In this document: positions 47,960-57,912 of the stretch, in pieces | How positions within the stretch are numbered: the first letter of the stretch is position 1 | How the letters are laid out: each line of letters starts with the position of its first letter | Assembly (NCBI GenBank): GCA_948468595.1 | Contig: CAOKIU010000006.1 | Coordinates: forward strand, 2,527-66,526 | Reading direction: 5' to 3' | DNA: 64,000 nucleotides | From: an uncultured Christensenella sp. | Lineage (GTDB): Bacteria; Bacillota; Clostridia; Christensenellales; UBA1750 | The notes under the pieces: generated by a model | The model's input: the letters and a program-made list of their open reading frames with translations, nothing else | The model's database searches: none | What the model was told of the DNA's origin: nothing | Position numbers and translations under genes: made by a program

Positions 47960-49513
47960 TTAGAGCATTTGCCCGCGCAGGACCACGCGCTCGACGCGCA
48001 CGGCCTTTAGGTCCGGCGCGGTTAAGGGGTCCTGGGACAGGAGCAGCATGTCCGCGCGCTTGCCCGCCTCCAGCGAGCCCTTTTCCCCCTCCTGGAAGTA
48101 CTGATGGGCGGCGTTGAGGGTGAGGGCGCGCAGTCCCTGGGCGGGCGTTATGCGCTCGCTGGGGTCCAGCGGCACGCCCGAGGCGGTGACGCGGCGGCAG
48201 GCGGAGGAGAGCGCGTCCATCAGGTTCGGCGGCAGCACGGGCGTATCCATGTGCAGGGTGAAGGGCAGGGAAAGGCGCTGCGCCGTGCCGCAGGGGCTGA
48301 TGCGCTGCGCGCGGTCTCCCAGGTTGCGCAGGTGCGTGTCCCCAAAGTGCTCGATGTGCGACGCGAAAAAGGAGGGAATGATGCCCAGCTCCTTCATGCG
48401 GGCGAGCTGGTCGGCCGTCACGGTTTGGGCGTGGATCATCACGGTGCGGGCGTCGTTGCCCTTGGGATAGACCTGCCCCACCGCCCAGATCAGCTGCTCG
48501 GCGGCTGCGTCGCCGTTGCAGTGCGCCAGCACCTGCGCGCCCGCCTCCTTGGCCGAGCGCAGAAGGTCCAAAAGCTGCCCGTCCCGCAGGGCGGGGTAGC
48601 CGCGGTCCGTCCCGCCCGCATAGGGCTGGGTCATATACGCCGTGCGGTTTTGGGGAGAGCCGTCCAGCATCAGCTTGGCCCCGCCCATGCGCAGGCGGCC
48701 GCCCGGGGAAGCGGCGCGCCGCCCCGAAGCATATAGGCCGGCGGACCCGTTCCAATCCACATAGGCCACCACGTCCATCTTCAGCCGGCCCCGGCGCTCC
48801 GCCTCGGTCAGGATGTCCCACTCGCCTTGGCGCGTGAGCCCCTCCTGCGCGGTGGTGATGCCGTTGGCAAGATAGATCTCCTGCGCCTGGTCCAGCAGGC
48901 GCAGGTTTTCCTCCAAGTCGACCGGCGGGATCTTGGTTCCCGCAAGGGTGAAGGCGCGCTCCTCCAAGTAGCCGTTGGGCGTCGCGCCGTCGTCCTGGCG
49001 GCCGATCCTGCCGCCCTCCGGGTCGGGCGTGCCGGCGTCAAGCCCCAGCAGGCGCAGCGCCAGGGAGTTGACCGCGCCCATGTGACCGGACATCTGCGTG
49101 ACCATCACCGGATGCGTCGTGGAGACGCGGTCCAAGACCTCGCGCGTGGGGTGCCGCTTTTCCCGCATGTCGTTTTGCTCGTAGCCAAAGCCCAGCACCC
49201 ACTCCCCTTCGGGGATGCGGTTCTTCTCAATGTGCGCCTTCATGCGGCTGATGACCTGGTCAAGGTCGCGCGCGCCTTGCAGCGGCGCCAGCCGCAGGGT
49301 TTGCGCAAAGGCGGTCAAATGGCTGTGCGCGTCGGGGAAGGCGGGCGCCAGCGTGCGGCCGTCCAGGTGCACGACCTCCGCATTGGCGGAGGCCTGGGCG
49401 CGCGCCTCCTTGAGCGCGCCCGCGTAGACGATGCGCTCGCCGCGCGTGAGAACCGCCTCTGCTGGCGCGCCCGCCATGGTGTAAATCCTGCCGCCGGTAT
49501 AAAGCGTATCCAT
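47960..49513 (-). CDS. amidohydrolase-family metal-dependent hydrolase (YtcJ-like)
   Basis: 517 aa; N-terminal GGRIYT...DAHSH metal-ligand motif, AHCNGD, FASHIEH. Confidence 0.75.
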   Translation of the reverse strand: MDTLYTGGRIYTMAGAPAEAVLTRGERIVYAGALKEARAQASANAEVVHLDGRTLAPAFPDAHSHLTAFAQTLRLAPLQGARDLDQVISRMKAHIEKNRIPEGEWVLGFGYEQNDMREKRHPTREVLDRVSTTHPVMVTQMSGHMGAVNSLALRLLGLDAGTPDPEGGRIGRQDDGATPNGYLEERAFTLAGTKIPPVDLEENLRLLDQAQEIYLANGITTAQEGLTRQGEWDILTEAERRGRLKMDVVAYVDWNGSAGLYASGRRAASPGGRLRMGGAKLMLDGSPQNRTAYMTQPYAGGTDRGYPALRDGQLLDLLRSAKEAGAQVLAHCNGDAAAEQLIWAVGQVYPKGNDARTVMIHAQTVTADQLARMKELGIIPSFFASHIEHFGDTHLRNLGDRAQRISPCGTAQRLSLPFTLHMDTPVLPPNLMDALSSACRRVTASGVPLDPSERITPAQGLRALTLNAAHQYFQEGEKGSLEAGKRADMLLLSQDPLTAPDLKAVRVERVVLRGQML

Positions 49514-49697
49514 AAATCAAAATCCCTCCGATGTGACGATTTGCCCTTAGTGTGCGTCAAAGCGCGCTTTTACAGCCGCCCAGGGTCCGCATGGTGGAAA
49601 CCCCGCGCGAGAAACGCGCATTTTTGCTTGTCCTTGGGCGGGGAGTATGTTATGATGAATAAGACCTATGCATATACAGCAAAAGGGGGAGTCTCGC

Positions 49698-50642
49698 ATG
49701 TTTTTCTACACGAAAGAAGATGTCATCAAGCTCACGCCCCAGTGGAAGGGCGAGCGCATGGAGGACGGCCGGCCCAAGGTTCCCGCCTCTGTTCTGGAGC
49801 GCATGCGCAAGCTGACGCTGGAAGAAGTTTGGGGCCTTTCCTATTCCCTGGGCTATGAGTTCCAGGCCGAGGGCCACTTCATGACCACGCATTCCACCGA
49901 GGATCACCGCCTGGTGGGCCGCGCGCTGACCTGCGTCTGCGTGCCGCTGCGTCAGGACCTGCACGAGGTCGCCACCGCCGAGTCCCGTGAGTTCGGCTTC
50001 AAGGGCGGCTACAACAAGTCCGCCGTCGACCGCCTGGTGGAGGATGACGTCATGGTCGTGGACCTGTTTGACAAGGTCTACTACGGCACCTTCTTTGGCG
50101 GCAACCTGTCCACCCAGCTCAAGAACAAGACCAAGCGCGGCGGCGCGGTGGTCTGGGGCGGCATCCGCGATTTGGACCAGGTCAAGAAGATCGAGGGCAT
50201 CCAGATCTATCACCGCGGCACCCATCCCACGCCCATCCGCGATTACGTCATGACCGGCTACAACGCGCCCTGCCGCATCGGCGAGGCCATCTGCATGCCG
50301 GGCGACGTGGTCTTCGGCAGCAACGAGGGCGTCATCTTTGTTCCCGCCCACCTGGCGGAAAAGACCGCTGACAACGCGGAAAAGTCCCACCTGAAGGACG
50401 ATTTCGGCTTCGAGCGCCTCAAGCAGGGCGTCTACACCGCCACCGAGATCGACGCCAACTGGTCCGACGAGATGTGGAAGGACTTCATGGGCTGGTTCAA
50501 GGAGAGCGAAATCGCCGCCAAGTTCCAGTACCTCAACTGGGAGGAAGATATCGAGCGCTCCCGCAAGATGCGTGAGGACCCCGGCTCCATCGTGCGCACC
50601 GGTCCCCGCACCGATAATCCCCCCATCCGCTCCACCATCTAA
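49698..50642 (+). CDS. RraA-family protein (RraA/HMG-aldolase fold) with N- and C-terminal extensions
   Basis: GGGGGAG before ATG 49698; core GGAVVWGGIRD...PGDVVFGSNEGVIFVP. Confidence 0.6.
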   Translation: MFFYTKEDVIKLTPQWKGERMEDGRPKVPASVLERMRKLTLEEVWGLSYSLGYEFQAEGHFMTTHSTEDHRLVGRALTCVCVPLRQDLHEVATAESREFGFKGGYNKSAVDRLVEDDVMVVDLFDKVYYGTFFGGNLSTQLKNKTKRGGAVVWGGIRDLDQVKKIEGIQIYHRGTHPTPIRDYVMTGYNAPCRIGEAICMPGDVVFGSNEGVIFVPAHLAEKTADNAEKSHLKDDFGFERLKQGVYTATEIDANWSDEMWKDFMGWFKESEIAAKFQYLNWEEDIERSRKMREDPGSIVRTGPRTDNPPIRSTI

Positions 50643-50657
50643 TCCATTGGAACGGGC

Positions 50658-50688
50658 AAAGGCCGCCGAACATTCGGCGGCCTTTTTT
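50658..50688. terminator. bidirectional rho-independent terminator
   Basis: AAAGGCCGCCGAA CAT TCGGCGGCCTTTTTT. Confidence 0.8.
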
Positions 50689-50695
50689 GCGCGCC

Positions 50696-51007
50696 TCAGG
50701 GGTCGAACGGCACGGTGTGTCCGTATTTTTCGCGGTTGAGCGCCTCCTTATAGGGAATCCAGCGCTCCAGGTCGATTTGGAGCGCGTTGGCCACGGTCAG
50801 GGCGTAATAGATCACGTCCCAAATCTCCTCCTCGGCGCTGCCCTTGAAGTTTTCCACGGTCGCGGGCCCCTGCCGCTTGCGCAGGGCCTCGGAAAGCTCG
50901 CCCACCTCCTCGATCATTTTGAGGAAATAGCCGTTGGCGTCCTTGCCAGGGTCCTTGGCCGCAAGGTATTCCTGTAGGTAGCCGATGGTGATGCCGCCGG
51001 TCTTCAT
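50696..51007 (-). CDS. MazG-like nucleotide pyrophosphohydrolase domain protein
   Basis: Start moved to the ATG at 51007; 103 aa; EEVGELSEA...EEEIWDVIYY motif pair. Confidence 0.65.
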   Translation of the reverse strand: MKTGGITIGYLQEYLAAKDPGKDANGYFLKMIEEVGELSEALRKRQGPATVENFKGSAEEEIWDVIYYALTVANALQIDLERWIPYKEALNREKYGHTVPFDP

Positions 51008-51029
51008 TTGCGCGCGCTCCTTTCCCTTG

Positions 51030-51998
51030 TTATAAAAACTCCTGCTTGAGGCTGCGCAGGAACAGGGCGGAGAGGGCCTCCTCGGGATCGCGGCCCTGGT
51101 GCAGCACCGCGTCCACTGCCCGGGAAATGGGCAGATCCACATGGTATTTTTCGGATAGGTGAATCAGCGCGCGGCAAGTGGCCGCGCCCTCGGCCAGTTC
51201 CCCATAGGGCTCCCCGCGCACAAAGGCCTCGCCAAAGGCGCGGTTGTGGCTGTAAGGGGAGAACACCGTGGCCTCGTAGTCCCCCAGGTGCGCCAGACCG
51301 TAGGCCGCCATGGGGTTGCCGCCCATGGCGCCGATCAGCCGCCCGATCTCCCGCGTGCCCCGGGACATCAGCGCGCCCTTGAGCGAGGTCAGGCCGTAGC
51401 CGTCCAGCATGCCCGCGGCAATGCCCACCACGTTCTTGGCCGCCGCGCCGATCTCGTTGCCAATGAGGTCGCTGCCGTAGTAAAAGCGGATCAGGTCGGA
51501 GGAGAAGTCCCCCACCAGCGCCTGCTTGAGCGCTTCGTCCTGGGAGTCGATGACCATGCAGTTGGGCACGCCGCGCACAAAGTCCTGCACATGCCCCGGC
51601 CCCACCCAGACGGCGCAGGGCACGGGCCCCAGCGCTTGCTCCGCCACTTGGCTCAGCCGGTCGCCCGTGCGCTCCTCCAGCCCCTTCATGCAAAGCACCA
51701 GCGCCTTGCCCTCAAGCGGGAGGGGCGACAGCTCCGCAAGGAAGGCGCGCAGCGCCTGCGCGCCCACGGAGACGACCAGCACCTGAGCCTCCGCCACGGC
51801 CGCGCGAAGGTCGCTCGTCAGGCGCACGCTTTCCGGCAGCGCGAGCAGGCCGTTGTCCCGCGTGGCCATCAGCCGGTCCATGCGCGCCGACCCCGGCCGG
51901 CCGTAAAGCCGCACGCCGTGCCCAACGCGGTCCAGGTACCAGGCCAAAAACGCGCCCCACCGGCCGCAGCCCAGCACGGCAATGTTTCTTAGCGCCAA
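51030..51998 (-). CDS. gpsA: NAD(P)H-dependent glycerol-3-phosphate dehydrogenase
   Basis: Rossmann start IAVLGCGRWG; KGLE, NxxGIAAG and EG..T motifs; 322 aa. Confidence 0.75.
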   Translation of the reverse strand: MALRNIAVLGCGRWGAFLAWYLDRVGHGVRLYGRPGSARMDRLMATRDNGLLALPESVRLTSDLRAAVAEAQVLVVSVGAQALRAFLAELSPLPLEGKALVLCMKGLEERTGDRLSQVAEQALGPVPCAVWVGPGHVQDFVRGVPNCMVIDSQDEALKQALVGDFSSDLIRFYYGSDLIGNEIGAAAKNVVGIAAGMLDGYGLTSLKGALMSRGTREIGRLIGAMGGNPMAAYGLAHLGDYEATVFSPYSHNRAFGEAFVRGEPYGELAEGAATCRALIHLSEKYHVDLPISRAVDAVLHQGRDPEEALSALFLRSLKQEFL

Positions 51999-52523
51999 TG
52001 CGCAGCCCTCCTTTGCGCTTCTCTTGCCGCCAGTATACCCCAGTTGGAGGGAAATGTAAAGAATGCGCGTTCGATCCGCGTCCTGGCCGCGGAAAAAGCA
52101 GGATTCCTTTCAAAAGGCGCGACAAAACGTGCTTTGAGGCGGAACAACGCGCCGATACAACATCTTGCGAATGGGCGTTCATCCATCCATTTAACAATTC
52201 GTGGATTTGCACACACGGCGTTCACAACTTATCCCCATGGTTGTCCGAAAGATATCCACAAAGTTATGCACAGGCTGTGCATAACTTGTGGGGAAATGGC
52301 GTTCATCCCCCAAGATATTGTGGTGAACAAAGCATGACCTTACAAATTATGGTGGGGGTTCTGTAAACCCTGCGCCCAAGGCGGTTTTGCAGGCGGCGCC
52401 GCGCCAAGATGCAGATTTTTGAAGCGACGGTTGACAACCCTTCGCCGTTGCAGTATCGTTAAGGAAACAGGGGACGGGACGAGCCCCGCCCCCGCAATAT
52501 AAAGATAGGAGGGGCTCTTAAGT

Positions 52524-53747
52524 ATGAAGATCATCGATCTCAAGAGCGCGATCATCGGCAACAATATTTGCCTGCGCGTCAAGACGGACAAGGGAATCGA
52601 CGGCTACTCCCAGGTGGAGGAGTTCAAGGATTTTGTCAACGTCAACGTGCCCTACTTCCGGGAAATGATTTTGGGCTGCGACCCCACCAACGTCGAGGAC
52701 GTCATGCGCCGCATCCGCCGGCTGGGCGCGTTCAAGCCCTGGGGCAAGCTCGTCAGCTCCATCGAAATGGCGCTGTGGGATATCGCCGGCAAGGAGGCGG
52801 GCCTGCCCGTCTACAAGCTGCTGGGCGGCAAGGTGCGCGACAAGGTGCGGGTTTACTGCACGATGTACTCCCCGGATAAGCTGCCGCACCCCGACTCCCG
52901 CACGGCGGAGGAGCGCGCGGAGAACATCCTTTACCTCAACGAGGTGGAGGGCTTTACCATCGTCAAGTCCCCGGTCGCCTTCCACAACCCGGATTTCCGC
53001 GCCATGGCCGAGCAGGGAGGCTTCACCTATACCTCCTATCCGCTCGATCCGCCGGTGCGCTATCCCGACAACGCCAACGGCAGCCTGCTTACGGATAAGG
53101 GCCTGAACTACCTCATCGAGTACGTGGGCAAGATCAAGGAGGTCGTGGGCGACAAGGTGGGCATCGCCTTTGACTGCGGCCCCGGCCTGACCGCCATTGA
53201 CGCGCTGAAGTTCGCCAAGGGCGTGGAGCCCTTCAACGTCCTGTGGCTGGAGGACATGGTCACCGGCGACTACACGCCCTACAATTTGGCCCAGGTCTAT
53301 CGGGACATCACCAGCAACACCACCACCAACATCCACACCGGCGAGCAGATCTACCTGCGCCAGAACTTCCGCGAGCTCATCGAGACGCACGCGGTCAACG
53401 TCGTGGGCCCCGACCCCGCGGATGTGGGCGGCATTGCCGAGCTGAAGTGGATCGCGGAGTACGCCAACCTCCACGGCATTATGATGGCCCCGCACGGCGT
53501 GTTTGACGGCGTGTTCGGCATGGCGGCGCTGACCCATGTGGCCGCCACGATGCCGCAGAACTACATCGCCTACGAGTACCCCCAGGCGCATCCCGAGTGG
53601 TGGTACGACATTGTGGAGGGCCTGCCGGAGGGATTCTTCAAGGATGGCCATGTCACCGTTTGGGACAAGCCCGGCATCGGCGTGGAGTTCAACATCCCCA
53701 AGGCGCAGAAGTACCTGCGGCCCGAGGACAAGGAGTTCTTCGACTAA
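52524..53747 (+). CDS. enolase-superfamily enzyme (mandelate racemase/muconate lactonizing family; sugar-acid dehydratase-like)
   Basis: AGGAGGGG before the ATG; capping domain then barrel with IEMALWDIAGK, AFDCG, LWLED and HTGE. Confidence 0.75.
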   Translation: MKIIDLKSAIIGNNICLRVKTDKGIDGYSQVEEFKDFVNVNVPYFREMILGCDPTNVEDVMRRIRRLGAFKPWGKLVSSIEMALWDIAGKEAGLPVYKLLGGKVRDKVRVYCTMYSPDKLPHPDSRTAEERAENILYLNEVEGFTIVKSPVAFHNPDFRAMAEQGGFTYTSYPLDPPVRYPDNANGSLLTDKGLNYLIEYVGKIKEVVGDKVGIAFDCGPGLTAIDALKFAKGVEPFNVLWLEDMVTGDYTPYNLAQVYRDITSNTTTNIHTGEQIYLRQNFRELIETHAVNVVGPDPADVGGIAELKWIAEYANLHGIMMAPHGVFDGVFGMAALTHVAATMPQNYIAYEYPQAHPEWWYDIVEGLPEGFFKDGHVTVWDKPGIGVEFNIPKAQKYLRPEDKEFFD

Positions 53748-53805
53748 ACCGCGTCGCCTTTGCGCTTGAGCGCGGCGCCGGGACTGCGTCCCGTAAAACA
53801 GTTGA

Positions 53806-53842
53806 GGGCAAGACAGACCGCAACGGTCTGCCTTGCCCTTTT
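53806..53842 (+). terminator. rho-independent terminator
   Basis: GGGCAAGACAGACCG CAA CGGTCTGCCTTGCCC followed by TTTT. Confidence 0.75.
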
Positions 53843-53899
53843 CGCGCCGCGCGGCCCTTTGAAGGAAAGCGCCATGGCGGGACAGAGCGCGTGATTAAA

Positions 53900-54367
53900 T
53901 CACAATAGCTCCATATTGATGGACTTGTTGGTGAATCCATAATTGGTATAGAATTTATAGGCGGCCTCATTTTTCGCGTTTACCTGCAATTCAATTCCAT
54001 CATAGCCCCCTTGGCGCTTTAAATCCTTGAGGAAATCGAAAAAAGCGTGCCCGATCCCCTTCCCGCGGTATTTTTCATCAACGGCCATAGAATCCACAAA
54101 AATAATATTGCGCGTCACCTGATTTGGACTCTCGATGTGACGGTAGGCGATAAAGAGAATTCCCGCCGCGCACCCCTCATATTCCGCAAGGAAGAAGGTT
54201 CCGGCTGCCACGGCCTGTTCGTATACCGCTAAAGGCAGTGCGGTTTCACTGGATTTATAAATATCCGGCCGCCAGCCGACATGCATTTGCTGAACCTGTT
54301 TCATGATGGCCTCTACGGTTTGATATTCGTCCCGTCTTGAATTTCTGATCTGTATCTTCATAGCCAC
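53900..54367 (-). CDS. GNAT family N-acetyltransferase (lower-GC gene)
   Basis: 155 aa; YRGKGIGHAFF acetyl-CoA motif. Confidence 0.7.
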   Translation of the reverse strand: MAMKIQIRNSRRDEYQTVEAIMKQVQQMHVGWRPDIYKSSETALPLAVYEQAVAAGTFFLAEYEGCAAGILFIAYRHIESPNQVTRNIIFVDSMAVDEKYRGKGIGHAFFDFLKDLKRQGGYDGIELQVNAKNEAAYKFYTNYGFTNKSINMELL

Positions 54368-54509
54368 TCCTACTCAGCCTCCGCTCTTCCGCTTTGGGGT
54401 CGATTTGATCCAAACATTTGCCGGTTCATCCATTATAGGGCAACAAGCGTCCAAAAGCAATTTCTTTTCGGCGGAGGCATCCCGATGCCGGGCGCAGGGC
54501 TTGATGCAA

Positions 54510-54538
54510 TTGCGTCCGGCCCCTTTGGGTGCTATAAT
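54510..54538 (+). promoter_or_regulatory. extended -10 promoter
   Basis: TTGCGT, 17 nt spacer, TGCTATAAT, 40 nt upstream of ATG 54578. Confidence 0.55.
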
Positions 54539-54577
54539 GGGCGCAGATTGTGTGCAGTCAAAGAGGAGGAGAGTTTT

Positions 54578-56368
54578 ATGACCGAGACGAGGCTGGCCGC
54601 CCTGCGCGCGGGAATGGCGAGGGAGGGGATAGACGCCTATCTCATCCCCACGGCGGACGACCATGAATCGGAGTATGTGGGCGCGCACTTCAAGGCGCGC
54701 GCGTATTTGACGGGCTTTACCGGGTCGGCGGGCCTATGCGCGGTCACGGCGGGGGACGCGGCGCTCTGGACGGACGGCCGGTACTTCATCCAGGCGGCCA
54801 ACCAGCTCAAGGGCAGCGGCGTGCGCCTGATGCGCGACGGCGAGCCGGGCGTGCCCACCCTGGCGGAGTTTCTGCAAAGCGCGCTGCCCGACGGCGGCCG
54901 CCTGGGCTTTGACGGCCGCGTGGTCAACGCGCGCATGGCCCTGCGCCTGGAGGAACAGCTCAAGGGCAAGCGCGTGAGCCTGGCCGCCGGCCAGGACCTT
55001 GTGGGCGAGATCTGGCCGGACCGGCCGCCCCGCTCCGCCCGGCCCGCCTTTTTGCTCACGCAGGCACAGGCGGGAAGGAGCGCCCGGGATAAAATCGAGG
55101 ATCTGCGGCGGGACATGCGGCAAGAGGGCGCGGACGCCGCCCTGCTCACGGGCCTGGACGACATCGCCTGGCTGCTCAACCTGCGCGGCGACGACATCCC
55201 CTATAACCCCTATCTGCTCGCCTTTGCCGCGGTGACGCGGGAAGAGGTGCTGCTCTTTGCCCAGGGCGAGGCGGTGCCCCAGGACGTTCGGCGCGGCCTG
55301 GGCGAAAGCGGGGTGGAGCTGCGGCCCTACGAGGGCGTTTACGATTGGGCGGCCGCCCTTGCAGCGGGCAGCAGTGTGTGGCTGGACGCGGCAAGGGTCA
55401 ACTACGCCCTCTTCTCCCGCGTTCCCCGCGGCGTGCGCATCCTCGATAAGCCCACCTCCATCCTGCACCGCAAGGCGGTCAAAAACCAGGTGGAGATCCA
55501 AAACCTTCGGCGCGCGCACGTCCTGGACGGCGTGGCGTTTGTGCGGTTCATGCGCGCCGTCAAGGAAAACGTGGAGAAGGCGCCCATGGACGAATACACG
55601 GCGGGAAAAATGCTGGAGGACCTGCGCAGACAGCAGGAGGGCTTCCTGGAGCTCTCCTTTGACACGATCTGCGCCTACAACGCCAACGCCGCCATGATGC
55701 ACTACAGCGCCGCGCCCGGCAGCGCCGCGCGCCTTGCGCCCGAGGGCCTGCTGCTGGTGGATAGCGGCGGGCAATACACGTGCGGCACCACCGACATCAC
55801 CCGCACCTTGGCCCTGGGTCCGGTGCCCCTGCTGTGGAAAAAGCACTATACCGCCGTGCTGCGCGGCATGATCAACCTCGCCCGCGCGCGCTTTCTGCGC
55901 GGCTGCCGCGGCCTCAACTTGGACATCCTGGCGCGCGGCCCCATTTGGGACCTCGGCCTGGACTACCGCTGCGGCACGGGCCACGGCGTGGCCTACCTTG
56001 GCGGCGTGCACGAACCCCCCAATGGGTTTAGGTGGCGCATCGTGCCCGAGCGCAACGACAGCTGCGTCCTGGAGCCCGGCATGGTCACCACCGACGAGCC
56101 GGGGATCTATATCGAGGGCAGCCACGGCATCCGCATCGAAAACGAGCTGCTGTGCGTTGCCGGCGAGGAGAACGAGTACGGCCAGTTCCTCCGCTTTGAG
56201 ACCCTGACCCTGGCGCCCATCGACCTGGACTCCGTCCTTCCCGAGGAAATGACCGGGCAGGAGCGCGCGTTCCTCAACGACTACCACCGCAGGGTCTACG
56301 CCGAGCTGGCGCCCCACCTGGACGCGGCGGAGCGCGCCTACCTTGCGGCCTGCACTCGCGCCATATAG
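54578..56368 (+). CDS. M24-family Xaa-Pro aminopeptidase (aminopeptidase P, three-domain ~596 aa type)
   Basis: AGAGGAGGAG before ATG 54578; creatinase-like N-domains; catalytic D...D...H...E...E pattern (VDSGGQY, TDITRT, GHGVA, EPGIY, IRIEN). Confidence 0.8.
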   Translation: MTETRLAALRAGMAREGIDAYLIPTADDHESEYVGAHFKARAYLTGFTGSAGLCAVTAGDAALWTDGRYFIQAANQLKGSGVRLMRDGEPGVPTLAEFLQSALPDGGRLGFDGRVVNARMALRLEEQLKGKRVSLAAGQDLVGEIWPDRPPRSARPAFLLTQAQAGRSARDKIEDLRRDMRQEGADAALLTGLDDIAWLLNLRGDDIPYNPYLLAFAAVTREEVLLFAQGEAVPQDVRRGLGESGVELRPYEGVYDWAAALAAGSSVWLDAARVNYALFSRVPRGVRILDKPTSILHRKAVKNQVEIQNLRRAHVLDGVAFVRFMRAVKENVEKAPMDEYTAGKMLEDLRRQQEGFLELSFDTICAYNANAAMMHYSAAPGSAARLAPEGLLLVDSGGQYTCGTTDITRTLALGPVPLLWKKHYTAVLRGMINLARARFLRGCRGLNLDILARGPIWDLGLDYRCGTGHGVAYLGGVHEPPNGFRWRIVPERNDSCVLEPGMVTTDEPGIYIEGSHGIRIENELLCVAGEENEYGQFLRFETLTLAPIDLDSVLPEEMTGQERAFLNDYHRRVYAELAPHLDAAERAYLAACTRAI

Positions 56369-56378
56369 GGGGAGAAGC

Positions 56379-56750
56379 ATGAATGCATTGACACAGTTGG
56401 CGCTCCTTGCCGCGATCTGCTTTGCGGGCGAGGTCGTCGCAAAGGCGCTGCCCTTTGCCTTCCCCGCCAGCGTCGTGAGCATGGTGCTGCTCCTGCTGCT
56501 GCTCCTTACCGGCGCGCTGAAGCTGCGCCATGTGGAGCAGGCGGCCTCCTTTCTCACGCGCAACATGGCGTTTTTCTTCCTCCCGGCGGCCGTGGAGATC
56601 ATGGCCAGCTATCAAACGGTGAAAGGCAGCCTGCTGCCGCTGCTCGCGGTGCTGGTGCTGACCACGGTGATCACCTTCGGCGTCACGGCGGGAACCGTGA
56701 GCCTCTGCCTGCGCGTGCAGCGCAGGCGGGGAAAGGAGCGCGCGGCATGA
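56379..56750 (+). CDS. lrgA: CidA/LrgA family holin-like protein
   Basis: GGGGGAGAAG before ATG 56379; 123 aa, four TM segments, followed by lrgB with an overlapping stop and start. Confidence 0.75.
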   Translation: MNALTQLALLAAICFAGEVVAKALPFAFPASVVSMVLLLLLLLTGALKLRHVEQAASFLTRNMAFFFLPAAVEIMASYQTVKGSLLPLLAVLVLTTVITFGVTAGTVSLCLRVQRRRGKERAA

Positions 56751-57421
56751 GCCTGACCGATACGCCGATCTTCGGCCTCGCCCTGTCCCTGGCGGCGTTC
56801 GCCCTGGGCGCCTTTCTCAACCGCAAGACCGGGCTGCCGCTGGTCAACCCGCTGCTTGTGGCGGTGACGGTGGTGATGCTCACCCTATCGCTGCTGCGCA
56901 TTCCCCTGGACCATTACCGCAAGGGCGCGCAGCTCGTCTCCGTCTTCCTGGCGCCCGCAACGGCTGCGCTGGCCGTGGGCATTTACAACCAAAGGAAGGT
57001 TCTAAAGCAGTATTTTCTGCCGGTGCTGCTGGGGTGCCTGGCGGGCTCGCTGGCGTCCATGATCAGCGCGTATCTGCTGTGCCGGGCCTTTGGCCTGGAG
57101 GACGCCCTGGTGCGCGCCATGGTTCCCAAGTCCGTCACCACGCCCATCGCCATGGCGATTTCCGAAAGCCTTGGGGGCGTCGTGCCGGTGACGGTGGCGG
57201 CGGTGATTCTCACCGGCATTCTGGGCGCCGTGACCGCGCCCCTGCTCATTCGCCTGTTTCACGTCACCGACCCCATTGCCCAGGGCGTGGCCATTGGCAC
57301 CAGCGCCCACGCCATTGGCACGACCAAGGCCAACGAGCTTGGGCCGGTGCAGGGGGCCATGAGCTCCATCGCCATTGGCGTGGCGGGGCTGATCACCGTG
57401 CTTCTCTCGCTCGCGCTGTAA
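56747..57421 (+). CDS. lrgB: LrgB family protein
   Basis: 224 aa polytopic; PKSVTTPIAM motif typical of LrgB/CidB. Confidence 0.8.
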   Translation: MSLTDTPIFGLALSLAAFALGAFLNRKTGLPLVNPLLVAVTVVMLTLSLLRIPLDHYRKGAQLVSVFLAPATAALAVGIYNQRKVLKQYFLPVLLGCLAGSLASMISAYLLCRAFGLEDALVRAMVPKSVTTPIAMAISESLGGVVPVTVAAVILTGILGAVTAPLLIRLFHVTDPIAQGVAIGTSAHAIGTTKANELGPVQGAMSSIAIGVAGLITVLLSLAL

Positions 57422-57495
57422 AGGGAACCCGTCCGGGCTGTGGTTCGTTTTTTGCTTCAATAGGCGCTGCGCCGGAAGACAAGGAGGAATTGAGA

Positions 57496-57912
57496 ATGAT
57501 CTGCGTTCGTCATGCCTTGGGGGCGCTGCCCTCACCCAAGTTTGTCGTGGTGATTTCCAGCTATGCGGGCGGGCTGTTGCTCAGCCGTCACCGCGACCGG
57601 CAAACCTGGGAGACCCAGGGCGGCCATATTGAACCCGGCGAGGCGCCCCTGGAGGCGGCGCGGCGCGAGCTCTTTGAGGAGTCCGGCGCGCTTGCGTTTG
57701 ACCTTGTCCCGCTGTTTGACTACGCGGCGGGCCAGGAGGGAGAACCCCTCGCCGCCGGCGTCGTCTTTGCCGCGCGCATTGGCGAGCTCGGGCCTCTGCC
57801 GCCCAGCGAAATGGCGGAAGTCCGCCTCTTTGACCGCCTGCCCAAGGAGATGACCTATCCGGACATCACCCCGCATTTGTACGCATGGGCCAGGGAGATG
57901 GGGGCGATTTGA
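57496..57912 (+). CDS. NUDIX hydrolase
   Basis: AAGGAGGAA before ATG 57496; Nudix box GGHIEPGEAPLEAARRELFEESG. Confidence 0.8.
   Translation: MICVRHALGALPSPKFVVVISSYAGGLLLSRHRDRQTWETQGGHIEPGEAPLEAARRELFEESGALAFDLVPLFDYAAGQEGEPLAAGVVFAARIGELGPLPPSEMAEVRLFDRLPKEMTYPDITPHLYAWAREMGAI

Noticed and set aside
52160-52330. Chromosomal replication origin (oriC) at the DnaA-box-like cluster.
   Set aside because: No dnaA, dnaN or rpmH context is present, I could identify no clear AT-rich unwinding element with 13-mer-like repeats, and several boxes deviate from consensus. It is kept only as a DnaA-box cluster or operator hypothesis.
57034-57495. Upstream 154 codons of ORF 57034-57912.
   Set aside because: They overlap lrgB in another frame with an Arg/Gly/His-rich translation. 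The NUDIX protein starts at ATG 57496 after AAGGAGGAA.
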